Positions 1 to 12,400 of a stretch of 64,000 nt of DNA are shown piece by piece. Source of the DNA: Rotaria socialis (Eukaryota); assembly GCA_905331485.1 (NCBI GenBank), contig CAJNYT010005354.1, positions 24,361 to 88,360 of the forward strand. Reading direction: 5' to 3'. The notes beneath the pieces were generated by a model, which saw only the letters and a list, made by a program, of their open reading frames with translations, searched no databases and was not told where the DNA came from. The translations under genes were made by a program, and so were the position numbers. The first letter of the stretch is position 1. The number at the start of each line of letters is the position of its first letter.

Positions 1-3000
1 TGAAGTGAAGATGTGATGCAGTTCACAATAGAAAAAACGTTTTCAGCCTAACAACACGAAATGAATCTAATAAATTGCTTGGATAATAGCAATACATGAA
101 CACATTTCCCACATGATTAAATATATGGGCATGCGTGTCAGCTATAAAAAGTTGTAACCATTTTGGAGGATTTATCTGTTCAGTTATTTGAAGCTCTTTA
201 ATATTTTATCTCAAGTAAACAGCAACTAGAGCTTCGGAATTCCACATTTTCATTTCTCAAGAGACTAAAACGATAAATTTTCGGACAGCTTTTACCATAT
301 CAACCAGATTATCTAACAATTTTCTGGTACATAATCAAGTCCCCAAGCAGCTTTCGACTGATTAAACCCTGGACGATCCTTCGACGCTTCCAAGTTAGAA
401 CACCTAGAAAACTTGACTGACTGCTGGAAGCAGCGACATGAATCTGATTGGCACGTTAAAAACTACTCTAAAATAGGGGAGATCATTTTTCTTTAATTTC
501 CTTTATATGAAAGAAGAAAGACAACGGATTCATCTATCTTTGCTTAGTACAGTAAGACAAAGTGACCGCTCATATTCTATAGCCAATTAAGATATCAATA
601 TTCTTCGATGTAACTGGCACCAAAACTCTTACAATTGGAAATTTCTGTCGCCTTTGATCAGGAGGAAATGAGAAAATTTTCGACCTACGCGATGTCTCTT
701 GTTTCATATTTTACGTAGATTAATGCTTTCGACGTCATTATTTCGAATAAAAAATTAGCCAAAATTTGACTTTGTTTTGCGATTCCTTGAAAACGCGATG
801 CTGCAGTGAATTTTCTAATTTAGCAATCAGAGCCAATCGGGTCCTATCTATAGATTTTCAAAACTCATTAATTACAATGCCATCGAATTCTTTTGGGTTC
901 TGAAAAACGTACATTTTAGTAGCGTCTCAAAGAACTCAATTGGTGCCAGACGAAGTACAGCTAGACAGTAAGAAATTGTGAATCACGAAGAATCGACAAC
1001 TTCTTTTTCTACAAGAGCCTATGATAGGCGTAAAGGGCACTCTTTTATAACTACTAAAATGAGCAATGAATGTTGCTTTTAATCCAACTGATTATAAACT
1101 ATCTTTTTTTGCGTTCTGTTGACACTCAATGATTATATGTTACTTAGTCACAAATGATGATGTCCGAACGAAATCTATAGAATATCGTGTGGTTCTCAAC
1201 TTTTTAAGAAAGATTGGTGCTAATATACACAAAGAGGCTCTCTTTTGTGTTTGATACAGAAAGAAAAATGAAAACTAAAGTCAGCTACTTGAGCGCTCAG
1301 ACTGCCTTATACATTTTTGGAGCTTACTCTCGTTACGATCATTCACTTCTTGATGTTTGAAGACTCCTCTCTCCATACCATCGAAGTTTCATAAACTGTA
1401 TATATTAACTATGAGCTCCGGTTTCGAAATCAAAGCAACAGTGATAATCAGGCTGGAAAATAACGAAAACGCGAGAAGCAACAGTAATCCAATTTTTTTA
1501 TGGCTTAATGTTGATTCAAACCAAACCTAACATTTTGACATCATTATCGGGCGGCAAAGCTCACTTGCGATCTGTAATCCTTTGAGTGGTCATGAGAAAA
1601 CAATGGAACGAACCTCAATGGCTCATTGGTCGGTTAGATATCGTTCCGTTGTACTGTTTTGTTGTTGTGAAATGAGAACTGATACGCTTTTGACTGAGAT
1701 TCAGCAATATACAGATTATGTCTCTTGTACTCGACTCAATGATTCTTACGATCATATGTGAACTGATTTCCCTACTGAATGGAATGATCGTGAGTCGTCA
1801 GAATTCATCTCTGTAATGATTCTATAATGTTACTATTGATGTTACGACATCACGATCGAGAAATACATTGGTATTCGTAGTGATTCCAGAGCCGATGGAA
1901 TCAACAGAATCACATCGAATCAGTGGAATCACAGAGTCAGCTTTTCCCCCCTTGCAACCAACTTAGATTATATAGGGAAATATTATTTAACCTGTATTTC
2001 ATTAGAACAAAGCAATATCTCTTCCTAAAATCTATTGAGAACTTGAACGATCTGTTTGTATTGATACAATCTGAAGCCCTACAAAGATTATACGGCAATA
2101 AATTTCCTATTGCGTCCTTGCACGCAGAGCTTTTTGAAACGACTTCTTAATCATAATAATAAAATGTTATGGAGCTTGAAACTTTTTCAGGAAGTTGTAT
2201 GAAATTATTCACTGTACTTTTTTATGCCATTGAGAACGTGAATTGAGCTAAAACTATTGTTTCCAAAAGATAGATCTATTTGATTCCGTGATTTTTTGAT
2301 TGGCCAACGAAATATTTTCACTCAATATATGATTGAATGTGTAACATTGACTCTAATGATTAAATCTGAATACCGATTGAAAATCTCTTTGACATACATT
2401 CGACGCCTTGTTTTATGTCCGCTTGACTCCGAATAAATATCACATCTGAATTGATAAGTCGGCTCCAATTTTCGAAACCGTTCACTCAGCATTGACTGTT
2501 CAACGTCTCATGAAACGAATTTAAATTTTGTGGATTTGACATTTTTAAATAAAAACCTGTGATACTCTCAATTAACTAAATCGAACTGAAAATAATACTT
2601 GTTAGTACATTTATTTCGCGTACATCCTAACTTCCTGTTATTACAGTTTCAAAATGTAATGCTGTTTTCTTCCTATACAAAAGATCTAAAAAAATGAATT
2701 TAACTATTGATAAAAAACAAGTCTTGTATTTGCTTCTATTTATTTAACTTATAATCATGATAAGTGTACTAAAGAAAATGGCTGCAAAAAAATCAAAAGT
2801 TTAACATGATATGTCATCGGACGACATCTTTTCTTCAGCACGCTGTCAAATTATATTCAGCAATGATCTGTTATAAAGACTGGAAAACAGAACCTCAATT
2901 CAAGCATAAATCTAACAAAAGTTGACATTTGATATATCATTATTAATCATCAGTTCTATTCAAGTCATCTCATAAATGCATTTGAACAACAGGAAATTTA

Positions 3001-3531
3001 GTCATATATTAGAAAATCTTATTCCTATACTTCGCATGTCAGAGTCAAAATTGACTTTTTCATCGACGAATTTTTTATTTTATTTTTTTCTTCGTCCTAT
3101 GAAATAACTCGTATTGAATTTTTCGTACTATTTTTCAAACAGAAAAGCAAACATCAATTGAAAGTCATTGCAAAAATACAATTTGTTCGTGAAAAAATTT
3201 CGCTTTTAAACTCTAAAATAATCAATACTGACGTATGATAATCAAAAACAGAGTGGGTATTTTTAATATCAACAAAAGTTTCCACTGTAAAAACGGCCTG
3301 TGATTATAGAAAATGATTATTACAATAGGCAACTTGACTTTCGAATTTTGTTTTCTATAGGAAAGAAATCCATGTCTAGAGATCGAAGTGAATGTATCAA
3401 TAGAAGAACATGGAATGTAACATGATTTACATAACGTTAGAAAAATCCAACATAAATTTGTACATGTCATGTTTTTTTTTTCAAAATCATTTCAGTTTCC
3501 TTTCTTATTACATAAAAAGCCAGCTAAAAGC

Positions 3532-3862
3532 TATGAGCCGACTACCTTCAGATAATTTTCAATCGCCAAGTTCAGAACAATCTTTACATCAATGGCTTAT
3601 TATTATTGGCTTGGTCATAGTTGTTTTATTTATATTATTGTTATGTATTCAATGTGTCGCTAAAATATATCGAAGTGCTAATGTAAGCACAAGAAATTCA
3701 ATGGTACCTCAAATGAATAGTCATTTACGCTATCCCAATGTTCGATGTGCAACATCAAAAAATTACGCACGCCAAGTATTAAACAAATACTCCAATTATC
3801 AACCAATTCAGTATATTAATAATCCACACGAAAGATCGATTATATCAATACATGTTATTTGA
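3532..3862 (+). CDS. hypothetical small single-pass membrane protein, uncertain gene model
   Basis: ATG at 3532 opens a 110-codon ORF containing one strong hydrophobic helix (WLIIIGLVIVVLFILLLCIQCV). A polypyrimidine-AG lies just upstream, so this may be an exon rather than a stand-alone CDS. No recognisable homology. Confidence 0.25.
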
Positions 3863-4264
3863 TACAAACAGAACAATCTTGAATCTCTTTTTCTATTGTT
3901 GTAAATTTTTCTTGAGTATATGTATGAATAAATGTTGATGAAAAAAAGAGATAAAAGAATGATTTAAATGAATTATTACCTATATTGAATATTCCTATGA
4001 TTGTCTTTCTTAACAATTGATAGTTAATGGCTTCATTAGAAACACAATGACTGTCTCCCTGTGGATTCGATTGCATTATCGATAGCTAATGACAAGGATT
4101 CATATTTCTTTTTTGTGCTTTCTACTTTTATTTTTTATTCAATTATACTCCAAATGAATGGATTAATGTCTTAGATGATAAAGTATTGCATCAGTGAGCC
4201 TATTGAATAAAGTGGAAAAAGGACAAAAAATTTGTACTGTTCTATTTATTTTTTCTTCTATAGT

Positions 4265-4561
4265 TCAATGTTTATTCTGTTGTTGAAGCTGTTTAGAAAC
4301 AGATTTAACCGTATTATCATTTTGCATTGATGGTTCAACCAGTGATCGCTTCCAGAAGTGACGATGTCGAGGACGTTTCCAAAATCGTGAGTGAATTGCA
4401 CGGTCCTCGAGTGCATGTACTGGATGAAAACTGCTGTAGTCCATCCAGTCCGTATCAAGAGAATATTCATCATTATCAATTGATGCACTCGACAAACATA
4501 TTATACCGAGAAGAACGATGAAAAAACAACATAACAGACTATTGATCAATGTTGCACGCAT
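4265..4561 (-). CDS. candidate secreted peptide precursor: signal peptide, then two W-terminal peptides each followed by KR
   Basis: True ATG at 4561. The 98-codon ORF is unlikely by chance in 70% AT DNA. The N-terminus MRATLINSLLCCFFIVLLGIICLSSAS is a classical signal peptide. The mature part contains ...AIHSRFW-KR-PRHRHFW-KR-SLVEP..., i.e. dibasic-flanked repeats. Confidence 0.35.
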   Translation of the reverse strand: MRATLINSLLCCFFIVLLGIICLSSASIDNDEYSLDTDWMDYSSFHPVHALEDRAIHSRFWKRPRHRHFWKRSLVEPSMQNDNTVKSVSKQLQQQNKH

Positions 4562-7273
4562 AATAATTCCTAGAAGATATCAAAACATTGAATTCACGGT
4601 TTTTGTTGAAATTCAAATAATTGTACCTTGCGTATTTAAGTAATAGAGAAAATAATTGTTTTTTGAAAAAAAATATATCGAGTGACGTTAAAAATAGAAA
4701 TAACTTTGATATAAATTTCTCTAGAAATCGTTCTATTTTCTCTATAACAAATAGATTTGGGCTTCTTTCGCCCTCCCTCTCTCTCTCTCCCATTTACGCT
4801 TTCTACATTTGGGCTGAAGCATAAAAAGCAATATGAGAGATAAAAAAAATCATCGGAATATCTTCGCTTCAATTCATTTGTATCATGGCTTGGTTTTTCG
4901 GATTCACCAAGAGCTGGCTTTTGTTTCTGTGCTAACAGTATTGAAACAGATCTGTTGTGCGTCTCTAGAAAGTTTTTAATTGTCACTTCAAAGAATAAAT
5001 GACTTCGGAATAATGTGCCAAGCGTTGATCTGCAGGAATAGATATTATCAATCAATCGAAAACAAAATTTATAGATCGTTCTGAGATTGTCAAGTGCCAG
5101 CATAATCGCCGACAAAAGGACTACTCTGGCAGGACAGCATTTATTTTACTGTAACAATATGCCCTTTACAGAACGGCATGTTCTATCACAATAAAATACT
5201 TTGGTGTGTGGAAATTTTATTTCAAACAACGCATGCATCCTATTGTAACACATCAGCAGCGCGACATTATAAAAACTAAATCGGAAGTAAAACAATACTG
5301 ATCATTTTACAGTAAATGCTATACCAATAGGCAATAAAAAGCGATTGAATTCTTTTGTAAATTTTGTTTTTCCGGCTTTCTATGAAACCAAAAGTACAAT
5401 AGAAAAAGAAAATTCTTTGATTTATAAGTATCAAAATCGAATAGAAGTGTGAAGTGATTACGTGCGATTTGTGAATAACATACGACTCGCATTATCATGC
5501 AATTAGTATTCGAGCCTGATTACAGACTACTAATTGTATATCCCGAGATGGGAACTCGTGTTATTGATATAAGCGATTTCAGCTTTTTCCTCTTTGATAA
5601 TATTTTATAGGTAGCAGACGCAGGCTCTGCAACTTTGTTCTTTTGCTTTATCAATAACTCACCGGTACATTTCCTTTATTACATAAATCAAAATATTTGC
5701 TTTCTTTTTTTTGTTTCCGTGAATTCTTCAATTTCGCTTTATAGAAAAAATTCATACCCATGCAAATGCTAAACATAACATCGTTATTCGATGTAAACAC
5801 TATACGTGTAATGATAGATATTGGATTTGCAAACCTATTGATTATTGTGTAGGAGGCATCTGCCTATCATTGGTTCGTTCTATCATCTGCTATAGGATTT
5901 CAATGGTTCCAATGATTCCCAAATGGTAGGAATTAAATAGAATTTAGTAGAAAATGCACAAAGGAAAAATAGTACGACAGGGAATATTTTGAATGCAAAA
6001 AATGAACATAACTGATTCAAGCAAATCAAACTGTTAATACCAATTTTAGTTTTCAGCATTGAGTATCTAATTTATTCGCTTTGTCTCATCAATGTCAACC
6101 GATTTGTGATTGAAAACTTGTCGTAGTACGTTCATATTCGACAATTTTTCTTTGTTTAGAAAAATCAAAGTGAATTTCGTGCTGGTAAAAATTAACCTGT
6201 GAATCAGACATGAACTATTACAGTCCTATAGAATAATACAGACCGTATTGCCATTGATGACAGTAATATTCCCTTGTGATATGTTTGTTCGCACTATCGT
6301 CGGCATACCGAAAGTTGTTTTTGTGACACGTTCATTAAGAAATAGTGATTTCAGTGCAAGTTATCGCATCTTATAAATTCAATCAATGGTAATAGGAACG
6401 AGGGCGTGTGATTGACTAGATCGATGGATCTTTGCTTACAAGCTTACTAACAAGCTCGTAAGGTCTAGAAAAATATGCACCTATTCTTGTGGCTAGTTTC
6501 TATGCGTCAAATAAACTTCTTCTCTTTAGAGATGCCGCTAGGCAGTAAGTATGCTCTTTCAATCGTACCTGCCAGCTATAGTTCATAGTGTCAATGTCCT
6601 TATTCAAGGAATAACTTTCGATTTCATACTTTTCAATAAAATCTATAACATATTGATGAATATTTTTTTTCTCGTTATAATATTCTTCAATATCGGCATG
6701 AGTACATATTTTAGATTCAAATTCACATCGAAATCGTTATATTCTAATGGATAAATTGCTTGTTATCTTAACATTTAATATGCATATTAACATCTAAATT
6801 TTTGATGATTAATTTACAAACTTAAAATAATTTTCTTGAATGAATCATATATGAAACTATCTAATGAAACAGCTACGCTGTTCTGCACGACTGATTTGAA
6901 TATTGCAATAATAAAACACAACATTGTTAAACTCTGCCCATGATTTGTATTGCTCATCGACACAAAATAAACTTTTTCTCTTCATAGTCATTATTCGTTT
7001 ATCAAAATGCGTTATCAATACTTTATGAGAGATCCTTGTCTCATTAAGTATCAAGTCCAAATATGTATAGACTATTCTCACTCTTAATATCTGACATCAT
7101 GATATATTTATTTGACAATAAAGAAACTGCCTGCAGCAAAAAGAAAAAGAAAACGACCTTCGACCCTTAGTTTTTATATAACTATCATTAAACATTCGAG
7201 TATATAAACACAGTACTTTCATTACAAAACACTCCTTTTAACATTCGCATCTTATTCAACCATATACACAGCA

Positions 7274-7746
7274 ATGCAAGCCATTCCACAACAGGTGACA
7301 TTTTTCATTTTATAAAATAAACTACCACTTGGACTTCGTTTTTTTTTAAGTGCCAACAATGTGCACCTTGCACAGGCAATTTTAATGCTTTTGCAAATGC
7401 TGCTCTACCACAGCAATATTCAGGATATGGTGCATCGTATCCGCAACAATATTTCTATCCCCAACAAAGCTACTATCCTCAACAAAGCTACTATCCTCAA
7501 CAAAGCTACTACCCTCAACAAAGCTACTATCCGCAACAAGTAGCACAATATCCATTTTATCAGCAGCCGCAACTTTCGTATTATCCGCAACAGCAACAAG
7601 CTCCTTTCTGGCCTCAATCGTATCTAGGTCAAAATGTTTCTGGTTATCAACAGTATTGGCCACCACAACAACAACGCGTTTTTGAAACTCGAAGACTAGA
7701 TTCACCATTGAAGCGTCGGAAAAGCAAGGAAGAAAAACGCAAATGA
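7274..7746 (+). CDS. low-complexity Q/Y/P-rich protein with SYYPQQ hexapeptide repeats and a basic C-terminus (two exons: 7274-7294, 7351-7746)
   Basis: ATG at 7274 (MQAIPQQ), GTGACA donor at 7295, and a tttttttttaag acceptor ending at 7350. Exon 2 reads CQQCAPCTGNF...YPQQSYYPQQSYYPQQSYYPQQSYYPQQ...RRLDSPLKRRKSKEEKRK and ends with a stop at 7744-7746. The tandem 18-nt repeat is visible at 7455-7530. Confidence 0.4.
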
Positions 7747-9475
7747 ACATCATGATGAATTCTAGACAGATTTATTGAACAAAAAAAAACTATCTTTTTT
7801 AATATATAACCTAGATTGGCATTTTGCATTTGATTAAATAAATGTTTAAATTCAGAAACTTGCTTTGTTAGAAATCCATGGAAATAACATGTAGACAACA
7901 TCGATTGTCAAGAGCAAGAGACTCAATTGAGTGCACATTAACGTTTTTAAAAAGTATTTCTGATATTGATGAAAAAACGATTTTCTTTCTTTTCTTTCCT
8001 TCTTCCCTCTTCTCCTTAGCAGAATATAAAAAGAAAATCAATTATATCTGTGTCAATAAATGTCGCATGAAATATTCAAAAACAAATATAGTTTTACTGC
8101 AACAAAGTTGCCAATCAGTGTTATTTTTCATCTTCTGTTAAATTTCTTTGAATCAACACGGTTAGATTTGATAATTAATCATTCATTGATTAAATTTTTC
8201 TTTTTTCTCCTTCAGAAAAAGAAAAAGGGAAATGTTCAAATAATGCATTTTAAATGAAAGGTCAATCAAACAAATAAAAAAAGAGCTAAAATCTTTTGTC
8301 AATGAATAATGCTATTGCATGTCAAATTATATATGCATTTCGACATCTTGAATTTTTTTATGCTGTTTCTTCATCTGTCTTTATCTTGAAAAAAAAATTG
8401 AACAGTAATAAGTACAGAAGAGTGAGAAAAAAGAGACGAGACAGAAATGACTGACGAAAAAGAAAAACAAAACAAATGAATGAATAGTAAATAAAAATGA
8501 AAAGTAAATACACAGACTCTCTTTGTCTTTCTCTTTTTTTTTCTTAATTTTTATACTCATGCACATACACCGGGGTATCTGCTCGTAGCCTAATTCAAAA
8601 AGAGGAATCGATGATAACTATCAGAAGCAAGAGAGAGTGAGAAAGAATGAGAAGAAGAAAAAAATATATATATTAAACAGCAAACATTTGTGGTATATAT
8701 AAATCCGAATCATTCAATGATTGTGAAATATCATCAAGAGGAACAAGATTGTTATTCATTGTTGACGATGGATGGGTTGTTATGCCAGGTGTATCAATAT
8801 TCCCATTTGCTGTGTACATACTTGCGTAAAGACGACGCTTAAATTTCGAAAGAAAAAAGAAAACACTTCTAAAATCATTATTAATTAGGTTCGCTTACTT
8901 TTTTTGCTTCGCTTTCCATTATTTCATACGGATCTGTATAAGGTCACATCTATCAAGGACGTCCGCAAGCAAGCTGGGCTGAGAGAAGGATCAAACATAT
9001 ATACAGATATCGATGGAATTCTTTGCTCTATGGGAAATACGATTTAACAAGAGGACAGAAGGGAAAATAAAAGCTCGTGTCAACGGTGTCGAAACGGGCA
9101 CAGTATACGCCAAGTCGGAAATTAGATAAAGAATAAAAATGCCCTTTTTGATCGATTCACCCAATGAAATATTTCTTGAGAGCCAAAGTCATATTAGTTT
9201 TCGTAGAGAAGTTCAAACGGGTAAGAAAATTAATTTTAATACATGGAGAGAAGAATAGAATTTGTTTTAAACTGAGTTCAGGAATGTATGCCTTCTATCA
9301 TCGTAGTTAGTAAAAATATGCGTGAACTCGATAGTAGATTCTCCACTAAAAATTTCTATTTAAAATCGCTAATATATTCAGAATCTGAGCGTTCGTCGAC
9401 GCCGAAAAGGAGAAGGCGACTCGAACTTCTATCGCCTACAGTTCATCTTAGCCGGATGTCCTTTACGGATGGTTC

Positions 9476-12400
9476 CTAATTTAAATTCGTATTCATATTG
9501 GCTCCATACATATGATAATGGTGTTGCTGTTGTTGCTGTTGCTGCAGTTGTTGTTGTTGTTGTTGTAAAATATGATGTTGCTGTTGCGAAGGATCAGAAT
9601 ATGGTAATTCGATGAGTCCGTTTTTTCCCTTATTGGTTGTAACCAATGTTCGTCGAACAATTGGCCGTAATTTGTATAGAGGAGGTTCAGGTGTATTAGC
9701 TGTAATACACTTTGGACACAACCATGTTTCAGGTATGTCATCACTGAAGACACCTTCACTTGCAGATGCATCCGAATGAGCACTCTAAAACAGAAATAAA
9801 AATTCTTTTATTTTTATTTTGAATAACTTGAGACAGACATGAAAACATGGTAGATGATGAATTTCCATACAACGTTCACATTCATAAAGAATTTCTTCGG
9901 GTTTCAATTGCGATAATTTTCTTGAACCTTTCTTTTTCAAACAAACTTGACATGTTGCTGTTGAAGGTAAGATTGGCGCGATACATTGTTTAGTCAAACA
10001 GCATTGTTTCATTTTTCCGACACCACCAAATTTTGGCATATCTTTGCAATGTACACATTCAGAACAATCATCGCGACAACATGGTTCACATTGTTTACAT
10101 CTAATACAAAAGAAAATAAGAAAGAATTCAACGAAAACCAAAAAATTCTGTAAATAAAACTTACCGGACACGTTTATGGCGATCTTTTGCAGTTGAATTC
10201 TTATCTGCTGGATAATGTTGTTGTGTCGGTGATCGTGTTGGAGTGTATTGATTATAATTGTTAATATAATGTTGTTGTTGTTGTTGTTGTTGATGAGGTG
10301 GTGGTGGTGGAGGTGGAGGGGGAGAATAATAATTTGATGAATTTGAACTAGCTAATGGTCCACTCAATAGAACAGTTGTTGACGGATGTAATGTAACAAC
10401 ATTGGTCGTTGGTTGTTGCATTGATAGTGCATCGTATTGGTGAGATGAATGAAGGTGGTGATATGATGATTGTTGCATATTGTTCGTGTCAGAATTTTTG
10501 CGTTTGATGCCTTGAAAAGTCTCCGTTTCGTTCTTAAATATATCAAGTAGAAATTATGTCACAAATGACGCGAACAAGAAAAGGAAAAAGAAAAGGAAAA
10601 TATTTGAATCAATATGACTTTTGTAATAGTTTATTTAGAGCTCCGACTTTATGTACAAGTGTCTGTGTCATTTTGTTGTTTTTAGCTTACTTGATTGTTA
10701 GTTGTATCGAATGAATATTGGTGATTATAGTTGTAATGAATTATCGATTGACCAGTTATTGATAATTGAGAATCATCAGAAGCATGATCAATAAGAAGAC
10801 GCTAGATTAAAGATTAAGAGTATATTTATGTTATGATACAAGGTTTTTTCAAAAAAAGAAAAGCAAAAAGAATGAGAGGTCAAATGGCTTTTTTTTGTGT
10901 AAATGTCTTTTGATAAGATATATAGACATTGGCAATACTTTCGTTTTTCTTTTTCTGTATTTCATTGATGAAATTTTTTAAATAAAATTATTTTCAATAT
11001 CAATGAGAGATTTTGATAGTTGAATCATTTTCTATAATTTCAAATATCGTTCAATTCGCTTTAATTTACCTCCATGGTTTCCAATAGTTGCTGCGGTTGA
11101 ATAAGATCTTCCGGAACAGACTTCTCTTTTAATTTGCGCAAGAGAGAACATAATGTTTGTAGACCGTCTAGTTCAAATCGAGTCAAATGTTGATGTTGCT
11201 GTTCAATGTCTTTATTATTATTATTATTATTGTTATTCACTAGCAACAATCGACTTGTTTGGCAAGGTTTCAGATCTAAAGACAAAATTATTGTGTCCAT
11301 GTAATAGAGACATGAAAAAAGAAAGAAAGAAGAATGGAACAAAAACGGCTTCCTTCTTACTGTTCATCATTTGAACAGAATAACAATAGACTTCTCGAAA
11401 ATACAAATGAGAGTAGCAAGTAATAAATGAGCATATTAAAGAAAAGAGAGAGAGAGAGACATAACGTGATGTTTTACAAGAAAAAGAACGAGATGCTTCG
11501 ATTGACAAATATATTTCTACCTGTGTGAATATACTATTTGATTGTTTGTTTTCTTTTTTTTTTTTTTTTTTGAGAACTAAAACTCAAGACAACCAATACA
11601 AGTTGGAATAAATAGGAGCCATGAACAAGAAGGGAGACAGAAAGAGAGAGAGAGAGAGAGGGAAAAAGAAGAGAAAACGAAGAGTGTATAGAAACAACTA
11701 GTTTTTCCCTTTTTCGCCTCTATGCGCTCATTCATAAAAGATTTGAGTAATTTGCACACAGATTTCTTTTCTTCTGCTATTTCTCTCTTTTCTTTGAATT
11801 GATCAGAAGACAGCAATAACATAGGGGAAAGAGGGAAGGAAAATTTTGAACAAAGAACAAAGAACAACGCATAAGCGCGCCTTGTGTAGCGAGAACATAT
11901 TATTATGATTGTGTGTGTGTGTGTGTGATTGCACAAGCGAGAGAAAGTGATTGACGAGTGAGAACATAGAGAGAGAGAGAAAATGAGAACGTCGAATGAT
12001 CAGGTTGTAATAGCGGTAGTACGCATTAATTATTCTCTTCTTTTTCCTTCTTCTGCTACTTCTGTCATTTCAAATAGGAATTTAAAATTGATGGCCTTTC
12101 TATGCTTATGTATTTACAAGTGCAACCTATGCCTACTTGTGAAAGTTTCCTATAAATATGTGCGTGGTTGTCCAAGAAACAGAAAGATTTCATTTATTAA
12201 TTAGCAAATACAAACATTTCCTTTCTTGTCAAACACGCATATAAATATAAAAGAAAAATTAACAACAAAAATCTATGTTCTCATTTATGTTGATTATCTT
12301 GTGCTTTCTTTTCTTTTTAGCAATACTTGAGATTGTCAATATAAGATAAACCAGACAAATCATAACGACAAAGTATTTGTGTTTGAACAATAAAATGAAT

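Noticed and set aside
4636-5115. A 159-codon minus-strand ORF (MSAIMLALDNLRTIYKF...)
   Set aside because: It has no ATG at its start (TTG in the ORF track) and low-complexity, homology-free sequence. It overlaps nothing conserved. It was kept out of features because it is probably a chance ORF or an unassignable exon.
8664-8830. A minus-strand 56-codon open stretch (RRLYASMYTANGNIDTPGITTHP...) as a possible terminal exon of KDM2
   Set aside because: The splice phase from the candidate donor at about 9497 gives an immediate stop. There is no F-box/LRR similarity. It is probably a chance ORF.
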